Origin: Eubacteriales bacterium
GTDB lineage: Bacteria > Bacillota > Clostridia > Oscillospirales > CAG-272
Assembly (NCBI GenBank): GCA_045124835.1
Contig: JBGVMO010000023.1
Location: forward strand, 1 to 45,775
Direction of reading: 5' to 3'
DNA: 45,775 nt
The position numbers were made by a program, and so were the translations under genes. This document shows positions 35,211 through 45,087 of this stretch, piece by piece; position 1 is the first letter of the stretch; the number at the start of each line of letters is the position of its first letter. Below the pieces are notes generated by a model that was given only the letters and a program-made list of their open reading frames with translations, did not search any database and was not told where the DNA came from.

Positions 35211-37238
35211 TTAAACGTCGGCGTCCTTGACGTAAAGGGCACCGTTTTCGGCGATGAATTTCTTTCTGTCCTCAATGGCGTCACCAAGCAGAGTCTCAAA
35301 AATATAGGCAGTCGCTTCCGCATCGGCAGGCTGCACCGAAATCAAGCGGCGCGAGGCGGGACACATCGTGGTTTTCCACATCATATCGGGCTCGTTTTCG
35401 CCAAGTCCCTTGGAGCGCTGCAGGGTATATTTCTTATCCTTCAGCTTGGCAAGAATTTCGGTTTTTTCGTTCTCGTTGTAGGCGAAATAGGTTTCGTCCT
35501 TGGTGGTGATTTCAAAAAGAGGCGACTCTGCGATATAAATCTTGCCGCGCTCAATCAGGGTGGGAAGGAGGCGATAGAAGAGAGTCAAAAGCAGGGTGCG
35601 AATCTGGAAGCCGTCCTCATCGGCATCGGTACAGATGATGATTTTGCTCCAATTCAAGCGCTCCCAATCGAAGTTGCCAAGCTCGGATTTGCTCTTGCCG
35701 CCTGCCTTATCCGTTTTGTCGATTATTTCAACGCCGCAGCCGATAACGCGCAATAGATCCGTGATAATCGGGCTTTCAAAAATACGGGCATAGGAGCTTT
35801 TCAAGCAGTTAAGCGTTTTACCGCGAACGGGAATGATGGCTTGGAACTCCGCATCTCTTGCCAATCGGCAGGAGGTCAAGGCGGAGTCGCCCTCTACGAT
35901 ATACAGCTCGCGCACGTTTTTATCCTTGGAATGACAGGCAACGTACTTTTCCACGCTCTTGGCAAGGTCGGTGTTGCCCTTGGAGAGTATGGCGGCAGTA
36001 TCAATCTTGGTCGCCTCTGCCTTTTCCCTGCTTCGCTTGGCAATCAAGACCTGCGAGGTCAGGGTTTGTGCGGCGGTGGGATTCTCGGCAAAGTAAATTT
36101 CAAGCTGACTCTTGAGGTAATCGGTCAGGGCCTTCTGAATGAAGGTGTTGCTGATGGCCTTCTTGGTCTGGTTTTCATAGGAGGTTTGCGTGGAGGCGCT
36201 ATTGATGATAACCAGAAGATTCTCCGCCACGTCCGCATAGGTGATTTTGGGCTCATTCTTGTTATACTTGCCCTGCGCCTTCAAATATTTATCAATGGCA
36301 AAGGTGAAGGCTGTGCGCACCGCTTTGTCGGGAGATCCGCCATGCTCCAAAAAGCTGGAGTTATGATAATACTCGGTGGCGTTGGTCATTTTGGTGGTGC
36401 AGAAGGCAATTTCCGCCTTCAGCTTATATTCGGGCTTATCCTCTCTGTCCTTACCCTTAGCCTCCATTTTCCAGAGAACAGGCTCGGTTAAGGCGTTACC
36501 GTCCGAAATTTCGCGGATATAGTCGCCAATGCCGTTTTCGTAATAGAACTCCGTCTTCTGCATTTTGCCGCTTTCGTCCTCCGAAGAAAGCACGAAACGG
36601 ATGCCTGCATTGACAACGGCCTGACGGCGCAGCGTTACGTCAAAGAAGGAAGCGGGAATATCAATATCGGTGAAAACCTCAAGGTCGGGCTTCCAGCGAA
36701 TGACGGTTCCCTGCTTCTTTTTGTCCTCCTTTTGCAAATCGCGCACGCGAAGCTCCCCGTTAACCTCACCCTTCTTAAAGTCGATTTCCGACAGGGTTTT
36801 TCCGTTATAGGAGCGAACCGACATAAATTCAGAGGAATACTGCGTGGCACACGCGCCAAGGCCGTTAAGACCGAGAGAATACTCGTACGCGCCGCCCTCC
36901 TCGTTGTTGTTGTATTTACCGCCCGCATACAGCTCACAGAAGATAAGCTGCCAGTTGTACGTTCCCTCACTCTCGTTGTAGCCGAGGGGAACACCGCGGC
37001 CGAAGTCCTCAACCTCAATCACATGGTCGCGCGTGACGGTGATATGAATTTCCTTACCATAGCCCTCGCGCGCCTCGTCTACGGAGTTTGCGAGAATTTC
37101 AAGGAAGGAATGCTCGCAGCCCTCAAGCCCGTCCGATCCGAAAATAACGGCAGGACGCTTTCTGACGCGCTCGGCGCCCTTGAGCATGCTGATGCTTTGT
37201 TCGTTATAGGCAGTAGCGTCTTTTTCCTTTTTTGCCAT
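35211..37238 (-). CDS. Type IIA DNA topoisomerase subunit B (divergent GyrB/ParE-like)
   Basis: VRKRP, EILANSVDE, D.GRGVP, YAGGKY, GLNGLG, TOPRIM VEGDSA, PVRGK, TDADEDG, RSKGLGE. Confidence 0.92.
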   Translation of the reverse strand: MAKKEKDATAYNEQSISMLKGAERVRKRPAVIFGSDGLEGCEHSFLEILANSVDEAREGYGKEIHITVTRDHVIEVEDFGRGVPLGYNESEGTYNWQLIFCELYAGGKYNNNEEGGAYEYSLGLNGLGACATQYSSEFMSVRSYNGKTLSEIDFKKGEVNGELRVRDLQKEDKKKQGTVIRWKPDLEVFTDIDIPASFFDVTLRRQAVVNAGIRFVLSSEDESGKMQKTEFYYENGIGDYIREISDGNALTEPVLWKMEAKGKDREDKPEYKLKAEIAFCTTKMTNATEYYHNSSFLEHGGSPDKAVRTAFTFAIDKYLKAQGKYNKNEPKITYADVAENLLVIINSASTQTSYENQTKKAISNTFIQKALTDYLKSQLEIYFAENPTAAQTLTSQVLIAKRSREKAEATKIDTAAILSKGNTDLAKSVEKYVACHSKDKNVRELYIVEGDSALTSCRLARDAEFQAIIPVRGKTLNCLKSSYARIFESPIITDLLRVIGCGVEIIDKTDKAGGKSKSELGNFDWERLNWSKIIICTDADEDGFQIRTLLLTLFYRLLPTLIERGKIYIAESPLFEITTKDETYFAYNENEKTEILAKLKDKKYTLQRSKGLGENEPDMMWKTTMCPASRRLISVQPADAEATAYIFETLLGDAIEDRKKFIAENGALYVKDADV

Positions 37239-37299
37239 CTACAAGACTTTCCTTTCTTTTGGTTTTGCTTGTAAACATTTCTTTACAAGTTGGCGGCAC

Positions 37300-38307
37300 T
37301 TACAGCAAATAAATGCCGTTTTCGGCGCAAGCCGCAATCATTTCCTTAGGCCAGACGGAGCATTGCACCTCGCCAACGTGCGCCTTTTCAAGCAAGAGCA
37401 TACAAAGGCGCGACTGGCCGATGCCGCCGCCGATGGAAAGGGGCAGCTCGTCCTCTAAAATCATTTGATGGAAGGGATACGCACGGCGCTTGTCCTCGCC
37501 CGAAAGCGAAAGCTGCTTATCCATTGCAGCGGCGTCAACACGAATGCCCATCGAGGAAATTTCAAGTGCGTGTCCCAAAACCGCATCCCAGACCATCAGG
37601 TCGCCGTTGAGCGTCCAGTCGTCATAATCGGGGGCGCGGTCATCGTGCTTCTCGCCGTTGGAAAGCAAACCGCCGATTTGCATAATGAACACAACGCCCT
37701 TTTCCTTTGTGATGGCGTCCTCGCGCTCCTTGGCGGTTTTATCGGGATATTTCTTCAAAAGCTCCTCGGAGGTGATGAAGAAGACCTCCTCGCTTATCGT
37801 CTCCTTCAAGACGGGATAGCGGCTGTTCAAAAGCGCCTTCGTGTCGGCAAGCGCCTTGACGATTTTGCGCACGGTATCCTTGAGGTAATCAAGGGTTCTA
37901 TCCTCACGGGAAATGACCTTTTCCCAATCCCACTGGTCAACGAAGACCGAATGGGTGTTATCAATTTTATCATCGCGGCGAAGGGCGTTCATATCCGTAT
38001 AAATTCCCTCGCCTATTTCATAGCCATAGCGATAAAGCGCCATTCTTTTCCATTTGGCAAGCGACTGCACCACCTCTGCAGTACCGTCAGCCTCCTTCAT
38101 GGTGAAATGAACCTTGCGCTCAACGCCGCTCAAATCATCGTTCAGACCGCTTCCCTGCATCACGATGATGGGGGCGGTGACTCTATCCAGGTGCAAGGCC
38201 TCGGCCAACGCAACCTGAAAGGTATCCTTGATGAGCTTTATGGCTTTCTGCGTGTCGCGTTGCGACATCTTGGCATCATACCCTTTCGGGAACATTAACT
38301 CTGCCAT
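37300..38307 (-). CDS. asnA: Aspartate--ammonia ligase
   Basis: NDDLSGVER, VVQSLAKWKR, VDQWDWE, RAPDYDDW, SIGGGIGQSR. Confidence 0.97.
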   Translation of the reverse strand: MAELMFPKGYDAKMSQRDTQKAIKLIKDTFQVALAEALHLDRVTAPIIVMQGSGLNDDLSGVERKVHFTMKEADGTAEVVQSLAKWKRMALYRYGYEIGEGIYTDMNALRRDDKIDNTHSVFVDQWDWEKVISREDRTLDYLKDTVRKIVKALADTKALLNSRYPVLKETISEEVFFITSEELLKKYPDKTAKEREDAITKEKGVVFIMQIGGLLSNGEKHDDRAPDYDDWTLNGDLMVWDAVLGHALEISSMGIRVDAAAMDKQLSLSGEDKRRAYPFHQMILEDELPLSIGGGIGQSRLCMLLLEKAHVGEVQCSVWPKEMIAACAENGIYLL

Positions 38308-38351
38308 AAAAAAACTCCTTTCACTTTGTAAAAATGTGTCAAAATTCGGTT

Positions 38352-39722
38352 TTACCGAATGCTTCCGACGGTTCTCGGATAGAGAATCACGTCGCGAATG
38401 TTGGACATACCCGTTACGTACATAATGATGCGCTCAAAGCCAAGTCCGAAGCCGGAATGGGGAACAGAGCCGTAACGGCGAAGGTCAAGATAATCGCGGT
38501 AATCGTCCAAATTCATACCGCGCGCCTCCATAGCGGAGATGAGCTTGTTGTAATCTGCTTCTCTTTCGGAGCAGCCGATGATTTCACCAACACCGGGCAC
38601 GAGAAGGTCGGTTGCGGCAACCGTCTTTCCGTCGGCATTCTGCTTCATATAGAAGGCCTTGATATCCTTGGGATAATTGATTAAGAAAACGGGCTTCTTA
38701 TAAATCTGCTCGGTGATATAGCGCTCATGCTCAGTCTGCAAATCCAAGCCCCATTCAACAGGATATTCAAACTTGACGCCCGAGGCCTTGAGCTGCTCAA
38801 CGGCATCGGTGTATTCCACAATGGCGAAGTCCTCGTCCACCACGCTTTGCAGCTTGGCGCGAAGGCCCTTTTCAAAGCGCTCCTCAAAGAAGGCAAGCTC
38901 CTCGGGACATTTTTCCATCACATCGGCAATAACGTACTTAATCATTTCCTCAGCAATGGCAATGATATCGGGAAGCTCGGCAAAGGCAACCTCAGGCTCG
39001 ATATGCCAGAATTCAGCCACGTGGCGAGGGGTGTTGCTGTTCTCTGCGCGGAAGGAGGGGCCGAAGGTATAGATTTTGCCAAAGGCCATTGCGGCAACCT
39101 CGCCCTCTAACTGACCCGAAACGGAAAGGCCCGCGCGCTTGCCGAAAAAGTCGTTTGCATAGTATTCCTCAGCAGACTTATATTCGGTATTATAGCCGAG
39201 CGTGGTTACCTGAAAGACCTCGCCTGCGCCCTCGCAGTCAGAGCCCGTCAGAAGAGGGGTGTTGATATACATATAGCCTCTTTCCTGGAAGAAGCGATGA
39301 AGCGCGGCGGCCATCACGGAGCGAACGCGGAAGACGGCGTTGAAGGTGTTGGTGCGAACGCGGATGTGGGGCATCTCGCGCAGGGTTTCAAGCTTCTGGA
39401 ATTTCTTTTGCAGAGGATAGTCCAAGGGCGCATCTCCCAGAACCTCAATGGTTGCGGCGTTGATTTCCACGCCGTTATTCTGCATATTGGGAACAACCGT
39501 GCCCACCACGCGCAAGGACGCGCCAAGGTGCGAGGCGTTCTCGGGCAGGGAAAGAACGGCCTTATCCACCACGATTTGCATATGCTTTAAGGTAGACCCG
39601 TCATTCAATTCAATAAAGGCCATATTTTTGGAGTCTCTCGCCGTGCGAACCCAACCGCAAACGGTGACCTCCTTGCCGAGAAAATCTCCTTCTCTGATAA
39701 CGCGAATATCGGTGTGCTTCAT
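38352..39722 (-). CDS. asnS: Asparagine--tRNA ligase
   Basis: DCEGAGE, VSGQLE, FRAENSNT.RH..EFW, KAFYMK, PHSGFGLGFER; Asn T-box upstream. Confidence 0.97.
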   Translation of the reverse strand: MKHTDIRVIREGDFLGKEVTVCGWVRTARDSKNMAFIELNDGSTLKHMQIVVDKAVLSLPENASHLGASLRVVGTVVPNMQNNGVEINAATIEVLGDAPLDYPLQKKFQKLETLREMPHIRVRTNTFNAVFRVRSVMAAALHRFFQERGYMYINTPLLTGSDCEGAGEVFQVTTLGYNTEYKSAEEYYANDFFGKRAGLSVSGQLEGEVAAMAFGKIYTFGPSFRAENSNTPRHVAEFWHIEPEVAFAELPDIIAIAEEMIKYVIADVMEKCPEELAFFEERFEKGLRAKLQSVVDEDFAIVEYTDAVEQLKASGVKFEYPVEWGLDLQTEHERYITEQIYKKPVFLINYPKDIKAFYMKQNADGKTVAATDLLVPGVGEIIGCSEREADYNKLISAMEARGMNLDDYRDYLDLRRYGSVPHSGFGLGFERIIMYVTGMSNIRDVILYPRTVGSIR

Positions 39723-39771
39723 AATTTTTCTCCTTGCATACGATAGATTTCAAATAATGATAGGTAAAAAG

Positions 39772-40038
39772 ACAAACAAAAAACGCAGCCCCGTCCAAAA
39801 TAGGACGGACAACTGCGGTCCGCGGTACCACCTATTTTACCGTTAAAAAACGGTCCCTCTGCGGCTTCCTACAAAGCCATTCCGCCTAACGCGCGGAGGT
39901 CGGCGCCCATACTTGCCAAAAGGCTTTCCGTTTGCAACTCCGAAGTGTTCTTCGCCAAGGCTCCTTCTGCGCGGCTTGCACCGCCCCGCGCTCGCTGTGA
40001 GGGGAAATCCGAGGGTACTTTTCTTCATCACTGTTTTT
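39772..40038 (-). promoter_or_regulatory. T-box riboswitch, Asn specifier (AAC)
   Basis: Minus strand: AGTA (GA motif), ACAGCGAG…GGTGCAAG stem I apex, GAAG-AAC-AC specifier (39947-39949), T-box AATAGGTGGTACCGCG, terminator CCGTCC/GGACGG with U-tract. Confidence 0.92.
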
Positions 40039-40047
40039 ACATAATAT

Positions 40048-40076
40048 AGTATAATACAGTTTTTCTCTTTTGTCAA
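40048..40076 (-). promoter_or_regulatory. Sigma-A promoter of the T-box-asnS leader
   Basis: Minus strand TTGACA N17 TATACT. Confidence 0.8.
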
Positions 40077-40113
40077 GAAAAAATACGGATTTTTTCTAAA
40101 AGAAAAAAGAAAG

Positions 40114-40142
40114 GGTGCGGTGTCCAAAAGGGACACCGCACC
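40114..40142 (-). terminator. Terminator after the glycoside hydrolase
   Basis: GGTGCGGTGTCC / GGACACCGCACC with an A-rich tract to the left. Confidence 0.85.
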
Positions 40143-40151
40143 AAAAAAGCT

Positions 40152-42068
40152 TTATTTTGCGATGATGATGGAGGCGGCACTGTTTCTTGCCATACGAACC
40201 GTGATAACGCCATCCTTTTCGGAAAGAAGCGAAGAATCCTCCAAGGGCAAGAATTGCTCGACCTTATAACCGTCGGCAACGGAAACGGCAACCTCCTTTT
40301 CCTTGGGCTCGTAGTTGATGAGCACCAGAAGGCGACGACCGTCCTCTAAGGGATGCTCGGTAAGACCAAGATGAGAATCCGTTTTGGAGGCAATACGCGC
40401 GGAAGAGCGAATGTTGAGCATTTCATAAATGCGGTAGGTAGCGGTTTCGCTGTAACCAGAGCCTTGGCCTGCATTCTTCTCAATGGGGTAATTGAGATAG
40501 TAAACGGTGCCTTCGCCAAGCTTGTTCTTTACAAATGCAGGATATCCTTCCTCGGTTTCAAGAAGAACCTCAGCGCCTCTTCTTTCCAGCTTCAGGGTGG
40601 TGGTGCCAAAGAGGGTGAGCTTTTCGCCATCGATAACAACGGTATCCTTGCAAGGAACGCTGACCAGATACTCGGAGCGAACACCCGTATACTCCTCAAA
40701 TGGAGAAAGCAGGGAATTTTCCCAAGACATATACAGGGTTGCGCCCTTCTTTACGCGCTCAATAACGGGCGCGATCTCGTGGCTATGATAAGGACGGTCG
40801 GATGCCAAAGAGGGCAACAGATATACAGAAGCCTCAGGAATCTCCTCGGTGATGTAGCAGAAGGTGATATCAAGGCCAGCCTGCTTAGCCAGAAGGAAGG
40901 TGCCATAGGCAACCGTCCAGGTCTCCTGCTCCTTGGTCAAGATGCAGACAGCATCCGTCAAGGGTGCGTTAACGGGAACGGGGAACTCATCCATATACTT
41001 CTGCATCTTCGTGAATGCCTGCATAACGGGCTTAGGCTCCTTAGCGGCATTGAAGAGACCCAGCTCTCTTTCCACGCCGTTCCAGTCATAGGGCGCGTGG
41101 GTCAAGTGAGACTGCTCATTCATGCACCACCAGACATAGGCGCGCAGATTGTGCGCCCAAGCCGTCATACAAGAGGCGATGCCGTAGTGGGCGGTATTTT
41201 CAAGGTTGACCATCATGGGGCCGAGGTTTCCTGCCTCTTCAACGAAGCAGGGCTTGCCGCCGATGCCCTGATACATCAAAGACTCGCCTGCCGCGTGCAG
41301 AGCGCTCTTCATGGTCAGCATAGAATCGGTGTTGCAGTTGGGGGTGAAGAGAGGATAGGGATGGGTGGTGAGCATATCGGTGATAGCGCCCTGGTCGCGC
41401 ACATCAAAGCTGCTTCCGGGGAAGATACCGTGCATACCCGAAAGCATCGGTCGCTCGGAGTCGATTTCCTTCACAGCCATCGTCAGGGTCTTAGCCCAGA
41501 CATATGCTTCATCTCTGGTGACACGAGCCATACAGTTGCACTCGTTGCCAAGCTCCCAAGCGATGATGGACTTTTCGTCCTTGAAGCGGCGAACCATGTA
41601 CTGGATAAAGAGAACCTCCCACTTGATGGCGATGGGGTCTCTCAAAACATTGTTGCGCTCCAAAAGATGGGGAACATAGAGTCTACCGCTCATCCAGCCC
41701 GTAATCAGGCCGATAATCAAGGAGATGCCGTACTTTTCTGCCAGCTTACAAACAGTTGCAAAGCGCTCGACCATAACGGGGTCAACGCCTGCCTTGCCTT
41801 CCTCGGTAAAGGGCATAATCTCCTCGTTGTTTTCATAGCGAACCTCGCGCACAGTGCCTGCACCGCCGAAGATGGGCTTCAGGGGTTGAAAATCAGGCCA
41901 AAGGGGGAAGATACGCAAAAGGCGCAAGCCGTTATCGGTATAACGCTTAAAGTCTGCCTCTACTTCCTTCTCGTCCCAATCGCGCCACATATTCGTGCCT
42001 GCGTGGGATGCCCAGTAGTTGGCACCGAGCAAAAAGGTGCCTTCGGTCAAGGGAGTCTTATTTTCCAT
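40152..42068 (-). CDS. Clan GH-A glycoside hydrolase (GH5/GH42-like; beta-mannosidase or beta-galactosidase-like) with trimerisation-type C-domain
   Basis: GANYWASHAG..MW, LRIFPLWPDFQP, WELGNE (acid/base), HPYP, VEEAG (nucleophile), WWC; no signal peptide. Confidence 0.82.
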   Translation of the reverse strand: MENKTPLTEGTFLLGANYWASHAGTNMWRDWDEKEVEADFKRYTDNGLRLLRIFPLWPDFQPLKPIFGGAGTVREVRYENNEEIMPFTEEGKAGVDPVMVERFATVCKLAEKYGISLIIGLITGWMSGRLYVPHLLERNNVLRDPIAIKWEVLFIQYMVRRFKDEKSIIAWELGNECNCMARVTRDEAYVWAKTLTMAVKEIDSERPMLSGMHGIFPGSSFDVRDQGAITDMLTTHPYPLFTPNCNTDSMLTMKSALHAAGESLMYQGIGGKPCFVEEAGNLGPMMVNLENTAHYGIASCMTAWAHNLRAYVWWCMNEQSHLTHAPYDWNGVERELGLFNAAKEPKPVMQAFTKMQKYMDEFPVPVNAPLTDAVCILTKEQETWTVAYGTFLLAKQAGLDITFCYITEEIPEASVYLLPSLASDRPYHSHEIAPVIERVKKGATLYMSWENSLLSPFEEYTGVRSEYLVSVPCKDTVVIDGEKLTLFGTTTLKLERRGAEVLLETEEGYPAFVKNKLGEGTVYYLNYPIEKNAGQGSGYSETATYRIYEMLNIRSSARIASKTDSHLGLTEHPLEDGRRLLVLINYEPKEKEVAVSVADGYKVEQFLPLEDSSLLSEKDGVITVRMARNSAASIIIAK

Positions 42069-42094
42069 CGTTATTTCTCTTTTCTGTTGAATTT

Positions 42095-42137
42095 AAAAAA
42101 AAGGAGGCCGTATGCGAAAGCATAGACCTCCTCTTTT
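42095..42137 (-). terminator. Terminator after gap
   Basis: AGGAGG..TATGC-GAAA-GCATA..CCTCCT with an A8 tract on the left. Confidence 0.75.
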
Positions 42138-42144
42138 ACAGAAA

Positions 42145-43152
42145 TTAAAGCTCTGCGAAGTACTTAATGGTGCGAACCATCTGAGAGGTGTAGGAGTTCT
42201 CGTTGTCGTACCAAGAAACAACCTGTACCTGATAGGTGTCGTCGTCGATCTTAGCAACCATGGTCTGGGTAGCATCGAACAAGGAACCGTAACGCATACC
42301 GATAACGTCGGAGGATACGATTTCGTCGGTGTTGTAGCCGAAGGACTCGGAAGCAGCAGCCTTCATTGCGGCGTTGATGCCGTCAACGGTAACGTCCTTA
42401 CCCTTAACAACGGCAACAAGGATAGTGGTGGAGCCGGTGCAGGTGGGAACTCTCTGAGCGGAGCCGATGAGCTTGCCGTTCAGCTCGGGGATAACGAGAC
42501 CGATAGCCTTTGCAGCACCGGTGGAGTTAGGAACGATGTTCTGTGCGCCGGCACGAGCACGACGGAGGTCGCCCTTTCTGTGAGGACCGTCCAGAATCAT
42601 CTGGTCGCCGGTGTAAGCGTGAACGGTGGTCATGATACCGCTCTGGATGGGAGCGTAATCGTTCAGAGCCTTAGCCATAGGAGCCAAGCAGTTGGTGGTG
42701 CAGGATGCAGCGGAGATGATCTTGTCATCAGCGGTCAGGGTCTTCTCGTTTACGCTGAATACGATGGTCTTGAGGTCCTTACCTGCGGGAGCAGAGATAA
42801 CAACCTTCTTTGCGCCTGCGTTGATGTGAGCCATGGACTTCTCGGTAGAGCAGTAGAAGCCGGTGCACTCCAGAACAACGTCAACATCAAGCTCGCCCCA
42901 AGGGCAGTTGTTAGCGTCCTTCTCGGCGTAGATCTTGATGGTCTTTCCATCAACCGTGATGGTGTCCTCGCCAGCCTCAACCGCGTGGTTGTATCTACCC
43001 TGAGCGGTGTCGTACTTCAAAAGGTGAGCAAGCATTTTGGGAGCGGTCAGGTCGTTGATAGCAACTACCTCGTAACCCTCTGCGTCGAACATCTGACGGA
43101 AAGCCAGACGACCGATACGGCCAAAGCCGTTAATGGCAACTTTAACAGACAT
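42145..43152 (-). CDS. gap: Glyceraldehyde-3-phosphate dehydrogenase, type I
   Basis: [33 protein letters not shown]. Confidence 0.98.
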   Translation of the reverse strand: MSVKVAINGFGRIGRLAFRQMFDAEGYEVVAINDLTAPKMLAHLLKYDTAQGRYNHAVEAGEDTITVDGKTIKIYAEKDANNCPWGELDVDVVLECTGFYCSTEKSMAHINAGAKKVVISAPAGKDLKTIVFSVNEKTLTADDKIISAASCTTNCLAPMAKALNDYAPIQSGIMTTVHAYTGDQMILDGPHRKGDLRRARAGAQNIVPNSTGAAKAIGLVIPELNGKLIGSAQRVPTCTGSTTILVAVVKGKDVTVDGINAAMKAAASESFGYNTDEIVSSDVIGMRYGSLFDATQTMVAKIDDDTYQVQVVSWYDNENSYTSQMVRTIKYFAEL

Positions 43153-43240
43153 GATAAATCCTCCAATAAATATATAATTTTTTTATACCCGATAAATAAG
43201 CGCGGTTAAGGTTTATCAGTGAACCTTTTTAACCTTTGTT

Positions 43241-43269
43241 ATTATAGCACACCCTTTTGTCGATTGCAA
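43241..43269 (-). promoter_or_regulatory. Sigma-A promoter for gap
   Basis: Minus strand TTGCAA N17 TATAAT with TG extension. Confidence 0.8.
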
Positions 43270-43316
43270 GAGGATTTGCGATTTTTTTAACAAATTTGTT
43301 GCATTTCCCGATGAAA

Positions 43317-44078
43317 CTATATCCTATAACCCCTTTTTTGTGATTTTTGTATGAGTTTGCGCCCTCCCGCAAGGGTCGCGCGCCAGAAAAAACGCGGAAG
43401 GGGCAAAAGCCGCCTTGCGCGATGCGGCTCGCAGAGAGTTCGCCAAAGCCATTCTAAGCCGAGGCGGCGCAAGACACGCGGTGCGCGCATCGCTTGCCCT
43501 GCCCAAGCATCAAGAGAGCCGCCAAGCCCCATAGCAACCCCCGAAAAGCGCCCACGCAGAGAAAGAATAAAGCGCTCTTGGCGCGGAAAGCCGAGACAGA
43601 CGAACAGCACGTGCGGCGAGAAGTGCGAAATCGCCTCCTCCGCCCCCGGCGAATATCCGTCATGCACGCCGACAGCAAGGCGGGGGTGCTTGGAAACTAT
43701 GGCCTCGCGCGCCGCCAAGGCCACCCCCGCCTTACCGCCGTAAAGAAACAGGCGAAGCCCTTCCCTTTCCAAAAGAGGCAGGAGCGCTTCGGCCGTATCA
43801 ATCCCCGTTAAGCGAGGCGGCACGGGAGAAAAAGAAAGGCGGGACGCCAGCGTCACGCCTATTCCGTCTGCAAGCAGAAAATCTGCCTTTTGTAAAATCG
43901 CCTTTAACGCCCCATTCTTCTCAGCCTCGGCCGCGATAACGGCGTTTGGCGTGAAAACGGCGGTAAAGCGCCCCTCCTTCGCCAAACGGGCAAGCAGGCT
44001 TATCAAAGCGCTCTTCTCAAGACAGGTGTAGGAAAGCCCCAAAAGCTCCGTTTTCAAGAGCGCTTTTTCCTCGCTCAT
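43317..44078 (-). CDS. WecB/TagA/CpsF family glycosyltransferase (GT26)
   Basis: FTPN, ADGIG, RLTGID, HDGY, VCLGFPRQE, GLGGSLD, RAP…GLEWLWR. Confidence 0.93.
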   Translation of the reverse strand: MSEEKALLKTELLGLSYTCLEKSALISLLARLAKEGRFTAVFTPNAVIAAEAEKNGALKAILQKADFLLADGIGVTLASRLSFSPVPPRLTGIDTAEALLPLLEREGLRLFLYGGKAGVALAAREAIVSKHPRLAVGVHDGYSPGAEEAISHFSPHVLFVCLGFPRQERFILSLRGRFSGVAMGLGGSLDAWAGQAMRAPRVLRRLGLEWLWRTLCEPHRARRLLPLPRFFWRATLAGGRKLIQKSQKRGYRI

Positions 44079-44773
44079 ACGGAAGTGGCGAGCGCCTCGC
44101 CCACCGCACGCGCTATCACCTCTTGCCCTAAATCGTTGGGATGAATGCCGTCGGCACAGTAAAGCGCCGACAAGTTCTCGTGCGCAGAAAAGGCCGCATA
44201 CAAATCAACGAATATACAGCTTTCCTTTTTGGCCACGCGCTCTGCTACAACCGAGTATTCATCGTGAAAGCTGGAAATGCGTTCCTTCGTGCCAAGCCAA
44301 CGCAAAATGTTTTCAGGGCTTCTTCCGCCTGCACTGATGAAATCAAAATATTTTTCCGCAATGACGGGAGGCAAATTGGTCATAATGATTTTCATTCCCT
44401 TCTCCCGAATGGCGCGAACCATTCTGCAGAGCGTGCTTTCGTACTTCGCCAAGGAGGTTTTGGGCAAGTGCTCTGCCTCGGGTGCATCGCTGATGGACTG
44501 CCAATCAAAATCGCTGTCATTGCCTCCAAAGCCGATAAGCGCGGTGTCTGCCGTCATACCGCGCGAAAGGTCCTCCTCTATCTGCGCCATCCCATCAACC
44601 GAGGTCATACCCATTCTGGCGCGGTTGGTTAAGGGCACACCCCCCTCGTTTGCAAAATATTTCACGGCCGCCTTGGGCGAAATGGTGTACCGACGTCTCG
44701 TTTCATCGTACACCACGCCACGTGCCACCGAATCGCCCCATACTATCGTTCTTCCAAATCTTGAAAAATCCAT
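44075..44773 (-). CDS. SGNH/GDSL hydrolase
   Basis: WGDSV, FGGND, DGIHPN. Confidence 0.92.
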   Translation of the reverse strand: MDFSRFGRTIVWGDSVARGVVYDETRRRYTISPKAAVKYFANEGGVPLTNRARMGMTSVDGMAQIEEDLSRGMTADTALIGFGGNDSDFDWQSISDAPEAEHLPKTSLAKYESTLCRMVRAIREKGMKIIMTNLPPVIAEKYFDFISAGGRSPENILRWLGTKERISSFHDEYSVVAERVAKKESCIFVDLYAAFSAHENLSALYCADGIHPNDLGQEVIARAVGEALATSV

Positions 44774-44925
44774 TTTCTGTTCCTCGCTATTGCTTTATGT
44801 AGTTTTCAAAACCATGTTATCACATTGTTATAATTTTGTCAACAGATTTTTGTGATTAAATTTTCTTTTTTTCTCTTCCGCTGTCTTTTCTCTCATTTTC
44901 TTTTAGCGGCTGTGTAAACTAACAC

Positions 44926-44954
44926 TTGACACAAGGCACAAACTGTGATAGAAT
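44926..44954 (+). promoter_or_regulatory. Sigma-A promoter for the DUF1836 gene
   Basis: TTGACA N17 TAGAAT. Confidence 0.7.
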
Positions 44955-45087
44955 AAGGAAGATATAATATCGGTTATTGCGGTCTTTTTTATATTTGACC
45001 GATTTTCAGAAATTATACACGCAATAAAAAAGCGGGCTGCTCAAAGGCGCCCGAAATCGCGCTTGCGAGAAAGGAATCGGTGTTCAT

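Noticed and set aside
40353-43209. Long plus-strand ORFs (590 aa and 365 aa) opposite the GH-A gene and gap; likewise 15683-16906, 26074-27276 and 37465-38298
   Set aside because: Antisense shadows of well-supported genes.
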